From a virus: a stretch of 64,000 nucleotides of DNA. Every line of letters begins with the position of its first letter. Within the stretch, counting starts at the first letter, position 1. Made by a program: the position numbers and the translations under genes. Location of the stretch: IMG/VR virus record IMGVR_UViG_3300017783_004014, one strand, 5' to 3'. The notes below the pieces were generated by a model, which ran no database searches, was not told where the DNA came from, and saw nothing but the letters and a program-made list of their open reading frames with translations. Below, piece by piece: positions 48,160-57,239 of this stretch.

Positions 48160-48593
48160 TCCTGTGTCCACTGTTTATCAGCATGTCCATTTTCTTGTGC
48201 CCAACGGACAAACAATCCAACTTCTCTACCATGTGCTTCAATTTCCCAAGGAAGATCCCAATAACTTACTTTTTTAGGATTATAAGTTTTACCCATCCAT
48301 GCATCAGTGCTAGGATGCAGTTCACGTCTTGCATATTGTTTTACATGCACCATTTCGTGAGCAAGAGTTTCTAACAATTTACGCTGTGATAACGATCGAT
48401 TTATTTCAATCTCAAACTGACGATTATTGTCTAGTTCTAAGCAATAGCCCATAGCACCCTTAGGTGTTGTAAGTTTTATTGTTATTTCTAATGTTTTCAT
48501 GCGAGGCATAAGCATAGAAATACAATAGTGAACCATACTTGTGACAAGGTCTTTTTGTCTTTTTGTTCCACCAGTTACTATAATATCAGACAC
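48156..48593 (-). CDS. SprT-like zinc metalloprotease
   Basis: TLAHEMVHVKQY (HExxH), PWEIEA; GTG start at 48593 is tentative. Confidence 0.75.
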   Translation of the reverse strand: MSDIIVTGGTKRQKDLVTSMVHYCISMLMPRMKTLEITIKLTTPKGAMGYCLELDNNRQFEIEINRSLSQRKLLETLAHEMVHVKQYARRELHPSTDAWMGKTYNPKKVSYWDLPWEIEAHGREVGLFVRWAQENGHADKQWTQD

Positions 48594-48900
48594 TGTCTTC
48601 CTCATATATAACTTGTTCATATTTAAAGTTAAGATCATCTTTTAAAGATATTGTCATTGTATTTTTTTGATCAATAACAAGTGTTTCAGGACCGCCCCTA
48701 AGAGCTGATTCTAGAAAACATCTATGTAGTATCAAAGATGGAATATCTTCAATGATTGTAACTTCGTTTATTTGCCAATACTCACCTAAACTAGAAATAA
48801 TTCTATTTCCATAAGTTGTTTTGCCTGTGAGCATTAAATAATCACCAGATTTTGATTTTGATGATCTCCAAGCAGGCTTATTAGAAGTTTCTAAAGTCAT
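48586..48900 (-). CDS. Hypothetical protein
   Basis: 104 aa, SD AGGAGG. Confidence 0.6.
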   Translation of the reverse strand: MTLETSNKPAWRSSKSKSGDYLMLTGKTTYGNRIISSLGEYWQINEVTIIEDIPSLILHRCFLESALRGGPETLVIDQKNTMTISLKDDLNFKYEQVIYEEDSV

Positions 48901-48921
48901 TATTTAATTTCCTCCTGACTG

Positions 48922-48953
48922 TATTTATATCATAAGATATCTTGGTTAGTCTA
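48922..48953 (-). promoter_or_regulatory. Hybrid promoter with a palindrome in the spacer
   Basis: TAGACT-N18-TATAAA(TA); TAAGA-TA-TCTTG at 48933-48944. Confidence 0.5.
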
Positions 48954-49146
48954 TTAACCAATTTTCTTCTATAGACTTAATGTGTTTACATTTACGATAA
49001 GCAGGACAGTCACATTCAAATCCCTTGTCTGTCATTTCAACAGTGTATCTGTCGCCCTTGCTTCCTATTACAGGCCATTGGATACCTACTGCCCAATGAC
49101 CTTCTGTATTAATTTTATCACTAGGATGCGACATTATTAATTCCAA
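48946..49146 (-). CDS. SWIM zinc-finger protein
   Basis: GSKGDRYTV..FECDCP..RKCKHI. Confidence 0.8.
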   Translation of the reverse strand: MELIMSHPSDKINTEGHWAVGIQWPVIGSKGDRYTVEMTDKGFECDCPAYRKCKHIKSIEENWLID

Positions 49147-49408
49147 GATAATCTTTTTTCAATATTTCTAAGCGAGGTAATGCTTGCTCAAGTTCTTTTG
49201 ATTCCCACTCATCAGCAAGTCTATCAAAACATTCCATAATGTAGTCACTTGGATAAAAAATACTCAGTTCCATGTACATATCGGATTCTACAAAGTTCCA
49301 AAAGTTAGTGGTGTTTAAGCCTTGTGCAATGTTATCTTTTGCTTCTACAGCTCTATTAAAAGATTTAATTACGTCTGCTTTGATCATTGCACCATTTTCT
49401 AACAACAT
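49121..49408 (-). CDS. Hypothetical protein
   Basis: 95 aa, SD AAGGA, directly after a promoter. Confidence 0.65.
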   Translation of the reverse strand: MLLENGAMIKADVIKSFNRAVEAKDNIAQGLNTTNFWNFVESDMYMELSIFYPSDYIMECFDRLADEWESKELEQALPRLEILKKDYLGINNVAS

Positions 49409-49439
49409 ATTTTGTTCCTTTTTGTTAACTTATATATAC

Positions 49440-49468
49440 AGTATATAGTAAGATATCTTACTTGTCAA
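49440..49468 (-). promoter_or_regulatory. Strong sigma70-type early promoter with a perfect 16-bp palindrome in the spacer
   Basis: A-tract-GG-TTGACA-N17-TATACT; spacer holds AGTAAGATATCTTACT (49447-49462). Confidence 0.85.
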
Positions 49469-49476
49469 CCTTTTTT

Positions 49477-49638
49477 TTAATTAATTCTCACCGCACGTAT
49501 ATTGTCTATACCTATGCCAGTAAATCTACTGGCACTGCCGTGTATATTAAAGGCTTTTTCACGAGCTGAGTATTCACTCATTGCATATTCATAGCCAAGA
49601 AATTTATCATTGAAAAAAATTTTATATGTAAATATCAT
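49477..49638 (-). CDS. Small hypothetical protein (53 aa, below ORF-track cutoff)
   Basis: Hand-translated MIFTYKIFFNDKFLGYEYAMSEYSAREKAFNIHGSASRFTGIGIDNIRAVRIN; start overlaps the upstream stop. Confidence 0.55.
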   Translation of the reverse strand: MIFTYKIFFNDKFLGYEYAMSEYSAREKAFNIHGSASRFTGIGIDNIRAVRIN

Positions 49639-49883
49639 TAACAATCACCTTGAAATTCTTCTAGTTCACTTACTTCACGTGATTCTGCAAACAACATTAA
49701 TTCAACAGCCAATGCTTTAGCTTGCTCTCTATTAAGTTGTAAGCAATCAAACCATTTATCAACTTCAGTTTTAGTTCTATTAGTACGCTGAGTAACTTGA
49801 ACACAAACTCCACGGTTTTGTCCACCAAAAAATCTAGTTTGTGTTAAATTTGTTCCTGGAACATTTCTAAGTTGTGTTGACAT
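49638..49883 (-). CDS. Hypothetical protein
   Basis: 81 aa, SD AGAGG. Confidence 0.65.
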   Translation of the reverse strand: MSTQLRNVPGTNLTQTRFFGGQNRGVCVQVTQRTNRTKTEVDKWFDCLQLNREQAKALAVELMLFAESREVSELEEFQGDC

Positions 49884-49898
49884 TTGTAAAACCTCTTT

Positions 49899-50048
49899 TT
49901 AAAGTAATTCTGCTTGAACGTGACCTTCTGACAGGTCAATTACAACAACGTTTTGTTGCACAGGATAAGCGGCAATAGCATCGGATGCGGCTTGAAAACT
50001 GTTAAAAAACTTTGTTGTTTTACGGTTAAAATCTACGATAGCAAACAT
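49899..50048 (-). CDS. Small hypothetical protein (49 aa)
   Basis: ATG 50048 after AAGGAG, directly downstream of a promoter. Confidence 0.6.
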   Translation of the reverse strand: MFAIVDFNRKTTKFFNSFQAASDAIAAYPVQQNVVVIDLSEGHVQAELL

Positions 50049-50078
50049 AAGTAACTCCTTTTTAATGTTTATACATAT

Positions 50079-50107
50079 AATATAACACCAAGAAGTCTTG
50101 TTGTCAA
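50079..50107 (-). promoter_or_regulatory. Sigma70-type early promoter with a palindrome in the spacer
   Basis: A-tract-GG-TTGACA-N17-TATATT with TGn; CAAGA-AG-TCTTG at 50089-50100. Confidence 0.8.
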
Positions 50108-50115
50108 CCTTTTTT

Positions 50116-50319
50116 TTATATTTTTTTGTCTGCTTCAAAACAATCAAATTGTATACTATAGTATTCGTTTTCGATATGTTTGGTCCATTGATCGTCTACT
50201 ATTAATGCTTCACACTGTGATTTAGACATAGGATTATTATTTACAAATTGATTTCCCATGTATACCCATTCACTTCCATTAAACCCCCACATGCTTATTA
50301 CTAATACAAAGGTTTTCAT
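50116..50319 (-). CDS. Small hypothetical protein
   Basis: 67 aa, hydrophobic N terminus, two cysteines. Confidence 0.5.
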   Translation of the reverse strand: MKTFVLVISMWGFNGSEWVYMGNQFVNNNPMSKSQCEALIVDDQWTKHIENEYYSIQFDCFEADKKI

Positions 50320-51548
50320 CTTCCACCCCTATTAGTAACACTACCTAGTAGTTTATTTCTATTCATTTCACGTAAAGCAATCTTTTTAATAATTATTTCA
50401 TCGCCTCTACGTATTTTGACTTTCCATTCATCTCCTGGAAATGCATATACTACTTTTTTAATAACTGCAAAACTACTACGAACTTCATCACCATTTATTT
50501 CTAATATTATATCATCTTGTAGAAAGCCTTCTACTTCGCCTATAGTTTTTTCTCTATCTTCTGGTTGATCTTTGTAACTAATTTTTGTATGAAATCTATC
50601 GTCTTTGTCAATATCTATTACTTCTGCTAATTCTACAGTATTCATACTAAATGGAAGCTCTGCATATGGAACATATCCTTTTGCTTTGTATTGTGGACTT
50701 AAAATATAATCAATACTACGTTTTGCATTTTGACTTCCTACACCAAGTCCTATACCATCCCAACCAGGAATCTGTCTTGCTGGACTAATAATACTCTGTG
50801 CAACTGCTACAACTCTGCCTTCCATATTCATAATAGGACCGCCACTGTTGCCTTGATTGATTATAGCATCTACTTGTACCATTAAGTTATATGGTCTAGA
50901 ACCGTATCTATCTTTGTAAGTAATAGTCCCTTGTGTTGCTGTAAAACTCATTCCCATGCCATGTCCTACAATAGCAACAGAATCTCCTACACCGATTTCA
51001 TTATACTCTTCAAATTCAAGTGTTTCCCATTCTTCATTGTCTTTTTTAGTGATTTTTATTACAGCAATATCTGCAATTTCATCAACACCGATAACTTCTG
51101 CATCATACTCCCACATGTCCATACCTGTGGCTACTTTTAATTCTACTGAGGTAGCATCTATGGCAGTGTCTATTACGTGATGATTAGTAACAATGTATGC
51201 ATCATCGCCATCTATTTTGTAGAACCAACCTGTACCTCTACCTGACATGCCACGTGCTTGTGCATTATTAATGTCTTTTGGAATAACATTGACCATTACA
51301 ACTTGAGAATATGAAGTATAAATTACTTTTTTACCACTGCGCTCTCTATCAAAGTCTTTGCCATTTAAAAGGATACCATTTGCATCATATACAATGTCAC
51401 CTAATGTATCATTTTTGCTGTATACCCAGCCTATTCCTTTGTGTATAAATTCTTGTATTGGTCTGTAATATGCGCTAATCGCTACACTTAAATATACAGT
51501 AAGAGCTATAAGTCCTATAGTCTTTAATGGTTTTACTATTTTTTTCAC
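50316..51548 (-). CDS. HtrA/DegP-like serine protease with PDZ domain
   Basis: N-terminal TM; GTGW, VTNHHV, DIAVIK, INQGNSGGP, GDIILEING-like PDZ segment. Confidence 0.92.
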   Translation of the reverse strand: MKKIVKPLKTIGLIALTVYLSVAISAYYRPIQEFIHKGIGWVYSKNDTLGDIVYDANGILLNGKDFDRERSGKKVIYTSYSQVVMVNVIPKDINNAQARGMSGRGTGWFYKIDGDDAYIVTNHHVIDTAIDATSVELKVATGMDMWEYDAEVIGVDEIADIAVIKITKKDNEEWETLEFEEYNEIGVGDSVAIVGHGMGMSFTATQGTITYKDRYGSRPYNLMVQVDAIINQGNSGGPIMNMEGRVVAVAQSIISPARQIPGWDGIGLGVGSQNAKRSIDYILSPQYKAKGYVPYAELPFSMNTVELAEVIDIDKDDRFHTKISYKDQPEDREKTIGEVEGFLQDDIILEINGDEVRSSFAVIKKVVYAFPGDEWKVKIRRGDEIIIKKIALREMNRNKLLGSVTNRGGR

Positions 51549-51679
51549 ACTTGTGACCTCTTTTTGGGTTTTACAACATTCGTTTCCCCATACTTTATGT
51601 ATTTATTTAAAATAAGTTTACATAAAATATTATTAAAACTATATTGATGTGTAAAATTGTAGCACTTGTCGACCTTTAG

Positions 51680-52378
51680 TCATAGCTTAGTCCATTCGCT
51701 ATATAGTCTATTTCCCCATCTTACTACTTTACCTTCGGGTTGATCCCAAGATATTTCATTTATTTTACATGCAAACTCTGTTGCAAATTCTTCTAGTTTC
51801 TCTTTGCTCCAAGGATAAAAATCAATCCATTTTGCATGTTTATTATCGTGTGTTATACCTGGATTACATCTAAGATATATTTTTCCTCCAGGTTTACAGA
51901 GATGTATAGCACGTTCTAATTGTGCTTTTATTATTTCTTCATCGCCAAAGTTGATACTTCCAAGGCACATTACAATATCCCATGTATTGTATCCTTGATC
52001 AAATTCTAATATACCTATATGGAGATCAGCATTGACATTAAAAGGATCAATTCCTAATAATTTATCTCCAAAATACTTTTTCCATTCGTTGTCACCGCAA
52101 CCAACATCTAGTATTTTTTCTGGATTCAATGCTTGCATTTTTTCTAGCATTTGTTGTCCGGTTTTGCGTATATTCCATGCTAGTTGGTTTTTCCAATAAG
52201 TGCCTTTTTCTTCTGCTTCATTGTCAGCTTGAAAGTATCTATTTAATAGTGAAGTATCTATACAATCTTGTAATTGCATAAACAAATCATTCGTATTAGC
52301 ATCTTTTTTAACATCAATATGATATGTTTTTAGTATGTACTCGTATAGATCTTTTGAGATCTTATTATTAATTTTCAT
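51680..52378 (-). CDS. Class I SAM-dependent methyltransferase
   Basis: ILDVGCG, LGIDP, DIVMCLGSINF, KPGGKI. Confidence 0.85.
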   Translation of the reverse strand: MKINNKISKDLYEYILKTYHIDVKKDANTNDLFMQLQDCIDTSLLNRYFQADNEAEEKGTYWKNQLAWNIRKTGQQMLEKMQALNPEKILDVGCGDNEWKKYFGDKLLGIDPFNVNADLHIGILEFDQGYNTWDIVMCLGSINFGDEEIIKAQLERAIHLCKPGGKIYLRCNPGITHDNKHAKWIDFYPWSKEKLEEFATEFACKINEISWDQPEGKVVRWGNRLYSEWTKL

Positions 52379-53047
52379 TTATTTGCCAATGTATGTATTA
52401 GCAAGAGGAAATATTTTTACTATCGCTTTTGCGACTTCTCGAGCAATTTCCATGTGTTCCTTTTGTGTTCCATTAGCACTACGTAATTCAATATAGTGTA
52501 TCCAACTTCTCAAAGTTCCATTCATATAAATTTTACTTTTTGTATTACCTTCAGGCAAAACTGCACGAGCTTGTTCTTTTGCTATACCGCTATTTATAGC
52601 CCACTCGTATACCTCTTTTGCTTTATCAATAACTTGTTGCTGTTTCATATGCCATTCATAATGAATATCTTCATCACTATCAATTTCAACACTATTTTGC
52701 CTATTTGTTTTATCTTGTAAACGTGCTTCTCTTAAAACAAATTGATCGCCAAATTCTGCTGGGTCAGCATAACGTTGACTAAATTCCTGAAATGCAAAAC
52801 TTCTATGTCTTATAATTTGTCGTGCAATATCTCTTGTTGTTTCAATTTCTAAACAAGCACTTGCCATTTCAAACGGACTCCAATGAGCATGCTTTGCTAG
52901 ATAATTTAGTAACCTTTCACTTGTTTCATTGTTTGATTGATTGCTAGGGTTACTTACTCTTGCTGCATGAGCCACAAGGTCTTGAACTGTGTCTAACCCT
53001 TCAATTTCTCCAGCTGGCTGGCTATAACTATGTAATGTAACTTTCAT
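52379..53047 (-). CDS. thyX: Flavin-dependent thymidylate synthase
   Basis: HWSPFE, RQIIRHRSF..QEFSQRY, ARAVLP, GTLRSWIHYIELR; start moved to ATG 53047. Confidence 0.95.
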   Translation of the reverse strand: MKVTLHSYSQPAGEIEGLDTVQDLVAHAARVSNPSNQSNNETSERLLNYLAKHAHWSPFEMASACLEIETTRDIARQIIRHRSFAFQEFSQRYADPAEFGDQFVLREARLQDKTNRQNSVEIDSDEDIHYEWHMKQQQVIDKAKEVYEWAINSGIAKEQARAVLPEGNTKSKIYMNGTLRSWIHYIELRSANGTQKEHMEIAREVAKAIVKIFPLANTYIGK

Positions 53048-53481
53048 TTTTGTTTGTATCTCTCTTGTACTGGTGACGGCATAGTAAATAATGCTTTTAC
53101 ATGATGGGGATATTCCGAGCAAGGTTGCCTCGCAAAAACTACCCAACGATATCCTTGATTCATTGTCCAGTCAGGATAGTTTTCTTTGATAAACTCTTGC
53201 ATACTGGTTCCTGTTGTAAAAACGTCATCACATATCATTATCTGATCTTGTGGGTTGCCGCTAGCATACTCATTCATTGCTATTGCAAAAGGCATGCCTC
53301 CTCTTGGTATTCCTACTGCTTTATAAAAAGGACGAGTTTGATAATCCATAACCATTTTTGCTATTGCTTTCCATTCGTCTGGATGAATAGCATCACATTC
53401 AAGTTTCCATTTTAAAGGTAACCCAGCATGTGATGTAAAGTCTCCTGATTCAAATAATCTAGCGTTTGTTCTATGTGGCAT
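53044..53481 (-). CDS. Type I phosphoribosyltransferase (orotate PRT-like)
   Basis: GDFTSHAG, GIPRGG, ICDDVFTTGTS PRPP loop. Confidence 0.8.
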   Translation of the reverse strand: MPHRTNARLFESGDFTSHAGLPLKWKLECDAIHPDEWKAIAKMVMDYQTRPFYKAVGIPRGGMPFAIAMNEYASGNPQDQIMICDDVFTTGTSMQEFIKENYPDWTMNQGYRWVVFARQPCSEYPHHVKALFTMPSPVQERYKQK

Positions 53482-53485
53482 TATA

Positions 53486-53770
53486 CTATCCCGAAAAGTA
53501 GTTTATTAATAGTGTTGCTAATGCAATACTGTTCATTACTGTAAACCAACAACATAATACAAAGGCTGTGCTTTTTCTTCGCCATGTTGAGAACATAGCA
53601 CACAAACTTCCTATTAAGTAAAGTGGTATAAAAATATGTGTTGCAGGATCTAAAACTGTGAATGTTAGAGTAGCACTTGCACTTATTAATAGAACTGTTT
53701 CTACTGATTCTACATATGTAGCAAGTGGATCGTTTTTATAACTTTGTTTAAAAAATTCAATTAGTTTCAT
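53486..53770 (-). CDS. Small multi-pass membrane protein
   Basis: Three hydrophobic segments. Confidence 0.6.
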   Translation of the reverse strand: MKLIEFFKQSYKNDPLATYVESVETVLLISASATLTFTVLDPATHIFIPLYLIGSLCAMFSTWRRKSTAFVLCCWFTVMNSIALATLLINYFSG

Positions 53771-54787
53771 TTATAGATCCGGTGTGTCATGTCTAGTAGG
53801 TTTAATAATTTGTGTTTGACTTGTTAAGTCATTACAATTATAACCAAGACGTTCTAGTTTTAATTTTTTACATGTCTTTGATTTATTTATTTCATCAAAG
53901 TAAGCACTGTGAAATGCATTATCTTTTTTAGTTCCATATATACCAAAGTGAAATGTAATTCTGTTTTCTCTATCTTTAATACCGGGCATTGTGTCCCACC
54001 ACAGTGTTTTGCCCTGTCCTTGGTTGTTAACAACAAGTTCGCCATTTAACCAAAGTTTGATAAACTCTTTATCATGATTACGTTTGTCAAAATTTACATG
54101 ATATACAAAGTCATACCACACATCTTTTTCAAACTTATGTGCAGGCAGAACTTGATAGATATCTTTCAATTTAGGACAGTACATTTTATCTTCAGTGAGA
54201 ACATCTGCGGCACCGCCTGCACATTCTTCACTTCCACCTTCTACGAATTGAAAGCCATTTGCGCTTTGGTGTTCTAAAAATAGTCCTTCTTCTCTATCAA
54301 TTCTTAACGATAACATGTTTGAGTAATGTGAAATATCACTGTGAAACTGTGTAACAATCATTTCGTGTCTATTTAAAGCCCAGTCGTCAAACTTTATACT
54401 TACAGTGAACCAATGTTCACCACCATTAAACGAACTGTAATGAGCCTCTACACGTTTTTGTTGTTCGCCCATTTTTCTTTGGCAGTCTTTTTCATATCGA
54501 TTGAAACAGCCTTCGCTTGGTGCTTGTACAAAGAAAGCAGTCTTTCCATATCTTGTTTCATTATCAACTACACTAAACAGTTTAATGTCATGTTCTTTTT
54601 CATAGACCGACATTTGTTTCTTGTTGTGATTTCTAAACTTTTCTTCATCTCTGTTACTAAATCCTTTGAGTGTTGTATCTCCACCCCAACCAGAAATGCC
54701 TAAATTTGCTTTGTTAAGATCAGCATATGCTAAACTTGAAAAACATCCAATAACCAATGATAAAATAATAATATTAAAATGACGCAT
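53771..54787 (-). CDS. Secreted polysaccharide-lyase-like (jelly-roll) protein
   Basis: Signal peptide ..SLAYA; IVTQFH, WYDFVYHV, LWLNGELV, FHFGIYG recall the Polysacc_lyase (PF14099) pattern. Confidence 0.65.
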   Translation of the reverse strand: MRHFNIIILSLVIGCFSSLAYADLNKANLGISGWGGDTTLKGFSNRDEEKFRNHNKKQMSVYEKEHDIKLFSVVDNETRYGKTAFFVQAPSEGCFNRYEKDCQRKMGEQQKRVEAHYSSFNGGEHWFTVSIKFDDWALNRHEMIVTQFHSDISHYSNMLSLRIDREEGLFLEHQSANGFQFVEGGSEECAGGAADVLTEDKMYCPKLKDIYQVLPAHKFEKDVWYDFVYHVNFDKRNHDKEFIKLWLNGELVVNNQGQGKTLWWDTMPGIKDRENRITFHFGIYGTKKDNAFHSAYFDEINKSKTCKKLKLERLGYNCNDLTSQTQIIKPTRHDTPDL

Positions 54788-54799
54788 TTTTAACTCCTG

Positions 54800-55228
54800 T
54801 TAACTTTCTTCGTCTGTTGTTACAATTAATTTTATAGTTGTGCCGTTGTCTTCAATACATGTTTGACACTTGCTTACATGCATTGTAATATGTGCTTTGC
54901 CTGCTTCGTCGATAATTTCTAAACGTTGGACATGTTTTGTATTTTCTTTATTTTGCCAACTATCAAATAGTTCCATAAACCCAGAATTAATACTCATTGC
55001 ATGCATACTTGGATTAAATCCAAACTCGTTATACAATGTATCTCTAAAGCTGAGTTTATTATTTCTTGCTTGATTTAATTTGTTGATAACATAATTGAAT
55101 GATTTTTCACGTTCTTTTTCGGTTAGATCATTCCAATAACTGTCTATATCATTTTTTGAAAATTTAAGTTCTGTATTTTCTTGACTCATGAGATTTAAGT
55201 TACTGACAAGCTCGGTAAAATCGCTCAC
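54800..55228 (-). CDS. Hypothetical protein
   Basis: 142 aa; SFRDTLYNEFGF..GFMEL. Confidence 0.6.
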   Translation of the reverse strand: MSDFTELVSNLNLMSQENTELKFSKNDIDSYWNDLTEKEREKSFNYVINKLNQARNNKLSFRDTLYNEFGFNPSMHAMSINSGFMELFDSWQNKENTKHVQRLEIIDEAGKAHITMHVSKCQTCIEDNGTTIKLIVTTDEES

Positions 55229-55449
55229 TAGAACCTCCCTGAATTAACTTCAGCTCGCTCCATCATTGCAAACCTCATAGTAAGTTCGTCATCTACTACA
55301 TCACGATCCTGTAACTCAATTTCTGCATCTCTCAATACATCAACTATATCTAAAAGCTCATCACGTGAAAGGTTTGTTAATTTATTACGACCCTCTTGTT
55401 TATTTTTAACAAGGGAATCTACAACATCAATTACTGCTTGTGTGGTCAT
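55228..55449 (-). CDS. Small hypothetical protein
   Basis: 73 aa, first gene after a consensus promoter. Confidence 0.6.
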   Translation of the reverse strand: MTTQAVIDVVDSLVKNKQEGRNKLTNLSRDELLDIVDVLRDAEIELQDRDVVDDELTMRFAMMERAEVNSGRF

Positions 55450-55483
55450 AAGACATCCTCTTATTTAAGTTTGTTTATACTTA

Positions 55484-55512
55484 ATTATAAGACATTTTGG
55501 TTTGATTGTCAA
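55484..55512 (-). promoter_or_regulatory. Perfect-consensus sigma70 promoter
   Basis: TTGACA-N17-TATAAT; degenerate palindrome TAAGA-CA-TTTTG at 55488-55499. Confidence 0.85.
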
Positions 55513-55514
55513 GA

Positions 55515-56195
55515 TTAAAATTCGGGAAAATCTTCCCAACTAGGATAATAATGGTCAGGATTATGACTAGGTGATAATGGTGGATGAACACCTGTATCTT
55601 GATTAGGATTATCTGCTCTTGGATTGGCTAACGGTGTGTTATCATTTCTCAATAGTCTGTTTGAAATGCCAGATTCAACATTAGGATCAATTCCAATTAT
55701 AAGATCTTCTTCAGGCATATATTGTTTAGGACCTAAGTTTTGACGTCTTATATTATCAAATGTGTATTCACCTTGCGGAGGTTCAATGCCCCCAACTACT
55801 GTTTTTGCTTTGAATTTGCCTTCTACTTTTTGCCCCATTTCCATTTGCCTAATAATTTTATTCATTGTTTTTTTGTTTTCTTCATTATAAACAATTCTAA
55901 AATATTTTGGAATAGGATCAGCTTTATCTTCTTCACCTTCTTCTGGGTTTTCTCTCGCAAGAAAAATTATCCAAGGTTTTTGCATTTCTACAAATACAAG
56001 TTCTACATCTCCGTCAGGGATACCAACTCTTGGGGTTCCTTGTAAAACATATATTGCATATCCTGCATAAAGTGTTCCTATGAGAATGATAGGAATTAAT
56101 ATAGCTTGTAGAGCATAATTTTTACCTGTTTGTATAAGGGCATATATTGCTACTACGCCAATTAAAAAGAATAATACTACTGCTGTAATTATCAT
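55515..56195 (-). CDS. Membrane protein (2 TM plus soluble domain), third gene of the MotA-like operon
   Basis: Two N-terminal TM helices; Pro/acidic tail; translationally coupled to the upstream gene. Confidence 0.65.
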   Translation of the reverse strand: MIITAVVLFFLIGVVAIYALIQTGKNYALQAILIPIILIGTLYAGYAIYVLQGTPRVGIPDGDVELVFVEMQKPWIIFLARENPEEGEEDKADPIPKYFRIVYNEENKKTMNKIIRQMEMGQKVEGKFKAKTVVGGIEPPQGEYTFDNIRRQNLGPKQYMPEEDLIIGIDPNVESGISNRLLRNDNTPLANPRADNPNQDTGVHPPLSPSHNPDHYYPSWEDFPEF

Positions 56196-56806
56196 TATCC
56201 ACCTCCTCGAAAAACTACACTTTTAGCATGATTAAAAACATCTACAACATTATTATCTTTATCTATTGTAAAAGCAGGTAGTCTCTGTTCTTCTCTTCTT
56301 GTAGTTAGTACACCTGTAATGCTATACACTTGTTTAAAGGGATTTACTTTTATTACTGTTACTTTATAATTGATTTGTGGATTGACTTTATTATAATAAT
56401 GAACTGAAACATAATAATTACCTGGAGCATTACCACGTAGTGTCATTGTTTCTATATTGGTTCTAATTATTTGTATTCTACCGTCTATAATAACCTTATC
56501 ATTGCTCCAACCTAAGTCATCTCTATCTAAGTGCAAAGGTGCAACGACTTTATTACTAAATCCAACAGGTCTATCGTTTTCACGCTGAACCCATAAATCA
56601 ACATCGTCGGCTGCTTCATCGTCCCATTCTAAAATAATTAATACTTCTGCCTTACTAGGAACATCTTCTTTTTTAGTAATAGGATTAATTAATAGGAATG
56701 CAATGATAAACAACATTACAAAACCTACAAGGACATTAAATAATAAATCATTAAAAGCCAAGTTACCGTTGTTACGGCGCTTTCCTAATCTAGTATTTTT
56801 AGTCAT
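56195..56806 (-). CDS. MotB/ExbD-like single-TM partner with a YfaP-like soluble domain
   Basis: AFNDLLFN TM carrying an Asp; DVDLWV, LDRDD, GNYYVSVHYY. Confidence 0.65.
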   Translation of the reverse strand: MTKNTRLGKRRNNGNLAFNDLLFNVLVGFVMLFIIAFLLINPITKKEDVPSKAEVLIILEWDDEAADDVDLWVQRENDRPVGFSNKVVAPLHLDRDDLGWSNDKVIIDGRIQIIRTNIETMTLRGNAPGNYYVSVHYYNKVNPQINYKVTVIKVNPFKQVYSITGVLTTRREEQRLPAFTIDKDNNVVDVFNHAKSVVFRGGG

Positions 56807-57239
56807 CGTTATACTCTTGAACTACAATTTGTATTTTTATAAACAGACTTGCTATTAGGCCTGTAAGTGTAGTTAAGAGTGCTGTGCTCATACCGGCCGC
56901 CATATCTGCTATGACCTTTCTCATACTTTCAACATTACTTGGATCGATGTCGCTAAAACTGCCAGTTAACATAAGCATGAATCCAATAACTGTTCCTATC
57001 ATGCCTATTGTCATACATGACTCTGCTATAAACCAAGGTGTATCGTAATTTATTTTTTTTCTATAACTACTATAACCTATGAATATTGATGTAGCAAACC
57101 ATAGCGAAGTTGTTAGAAAACTTAGTTTAGTAATATCAGTATTCCATAAGAAATCAACGGCGCCGTAGTACACTGTGATTCCAACAATAATAGCTTGAAT
57201 TACTGTAACAAGCCACCAATACATAAAGAGTTTAGTCAT
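56799..57239 (-). CDS. MotA/TolQ/ExbB proton-channel family protein
   Basis: IGMIGTVIGF and GMSTALLTTLTGL signature helices; about 4 TM. Confidence 0.85.
   Translation of the reverse strand: MTKLFMYWWLVTVIQAIIVGITVYYGAVDFLWNTDITKLSFLTTSLWFATSIFIGYSSYRKKINYDTPWFIAESCMTIGMIGTVIGFMLMLTGSFSDIDPSNVESMRKVIADMAAGMSTALLTTLTGLIASLFIKIQIVVQEYNDD

Noticed and set aside
49514-49534. Inverted repeat GCCAGTA-AATC-TACTGGC
   Set aside because: It lies within a small ORF and has no U-tract; function unsupported
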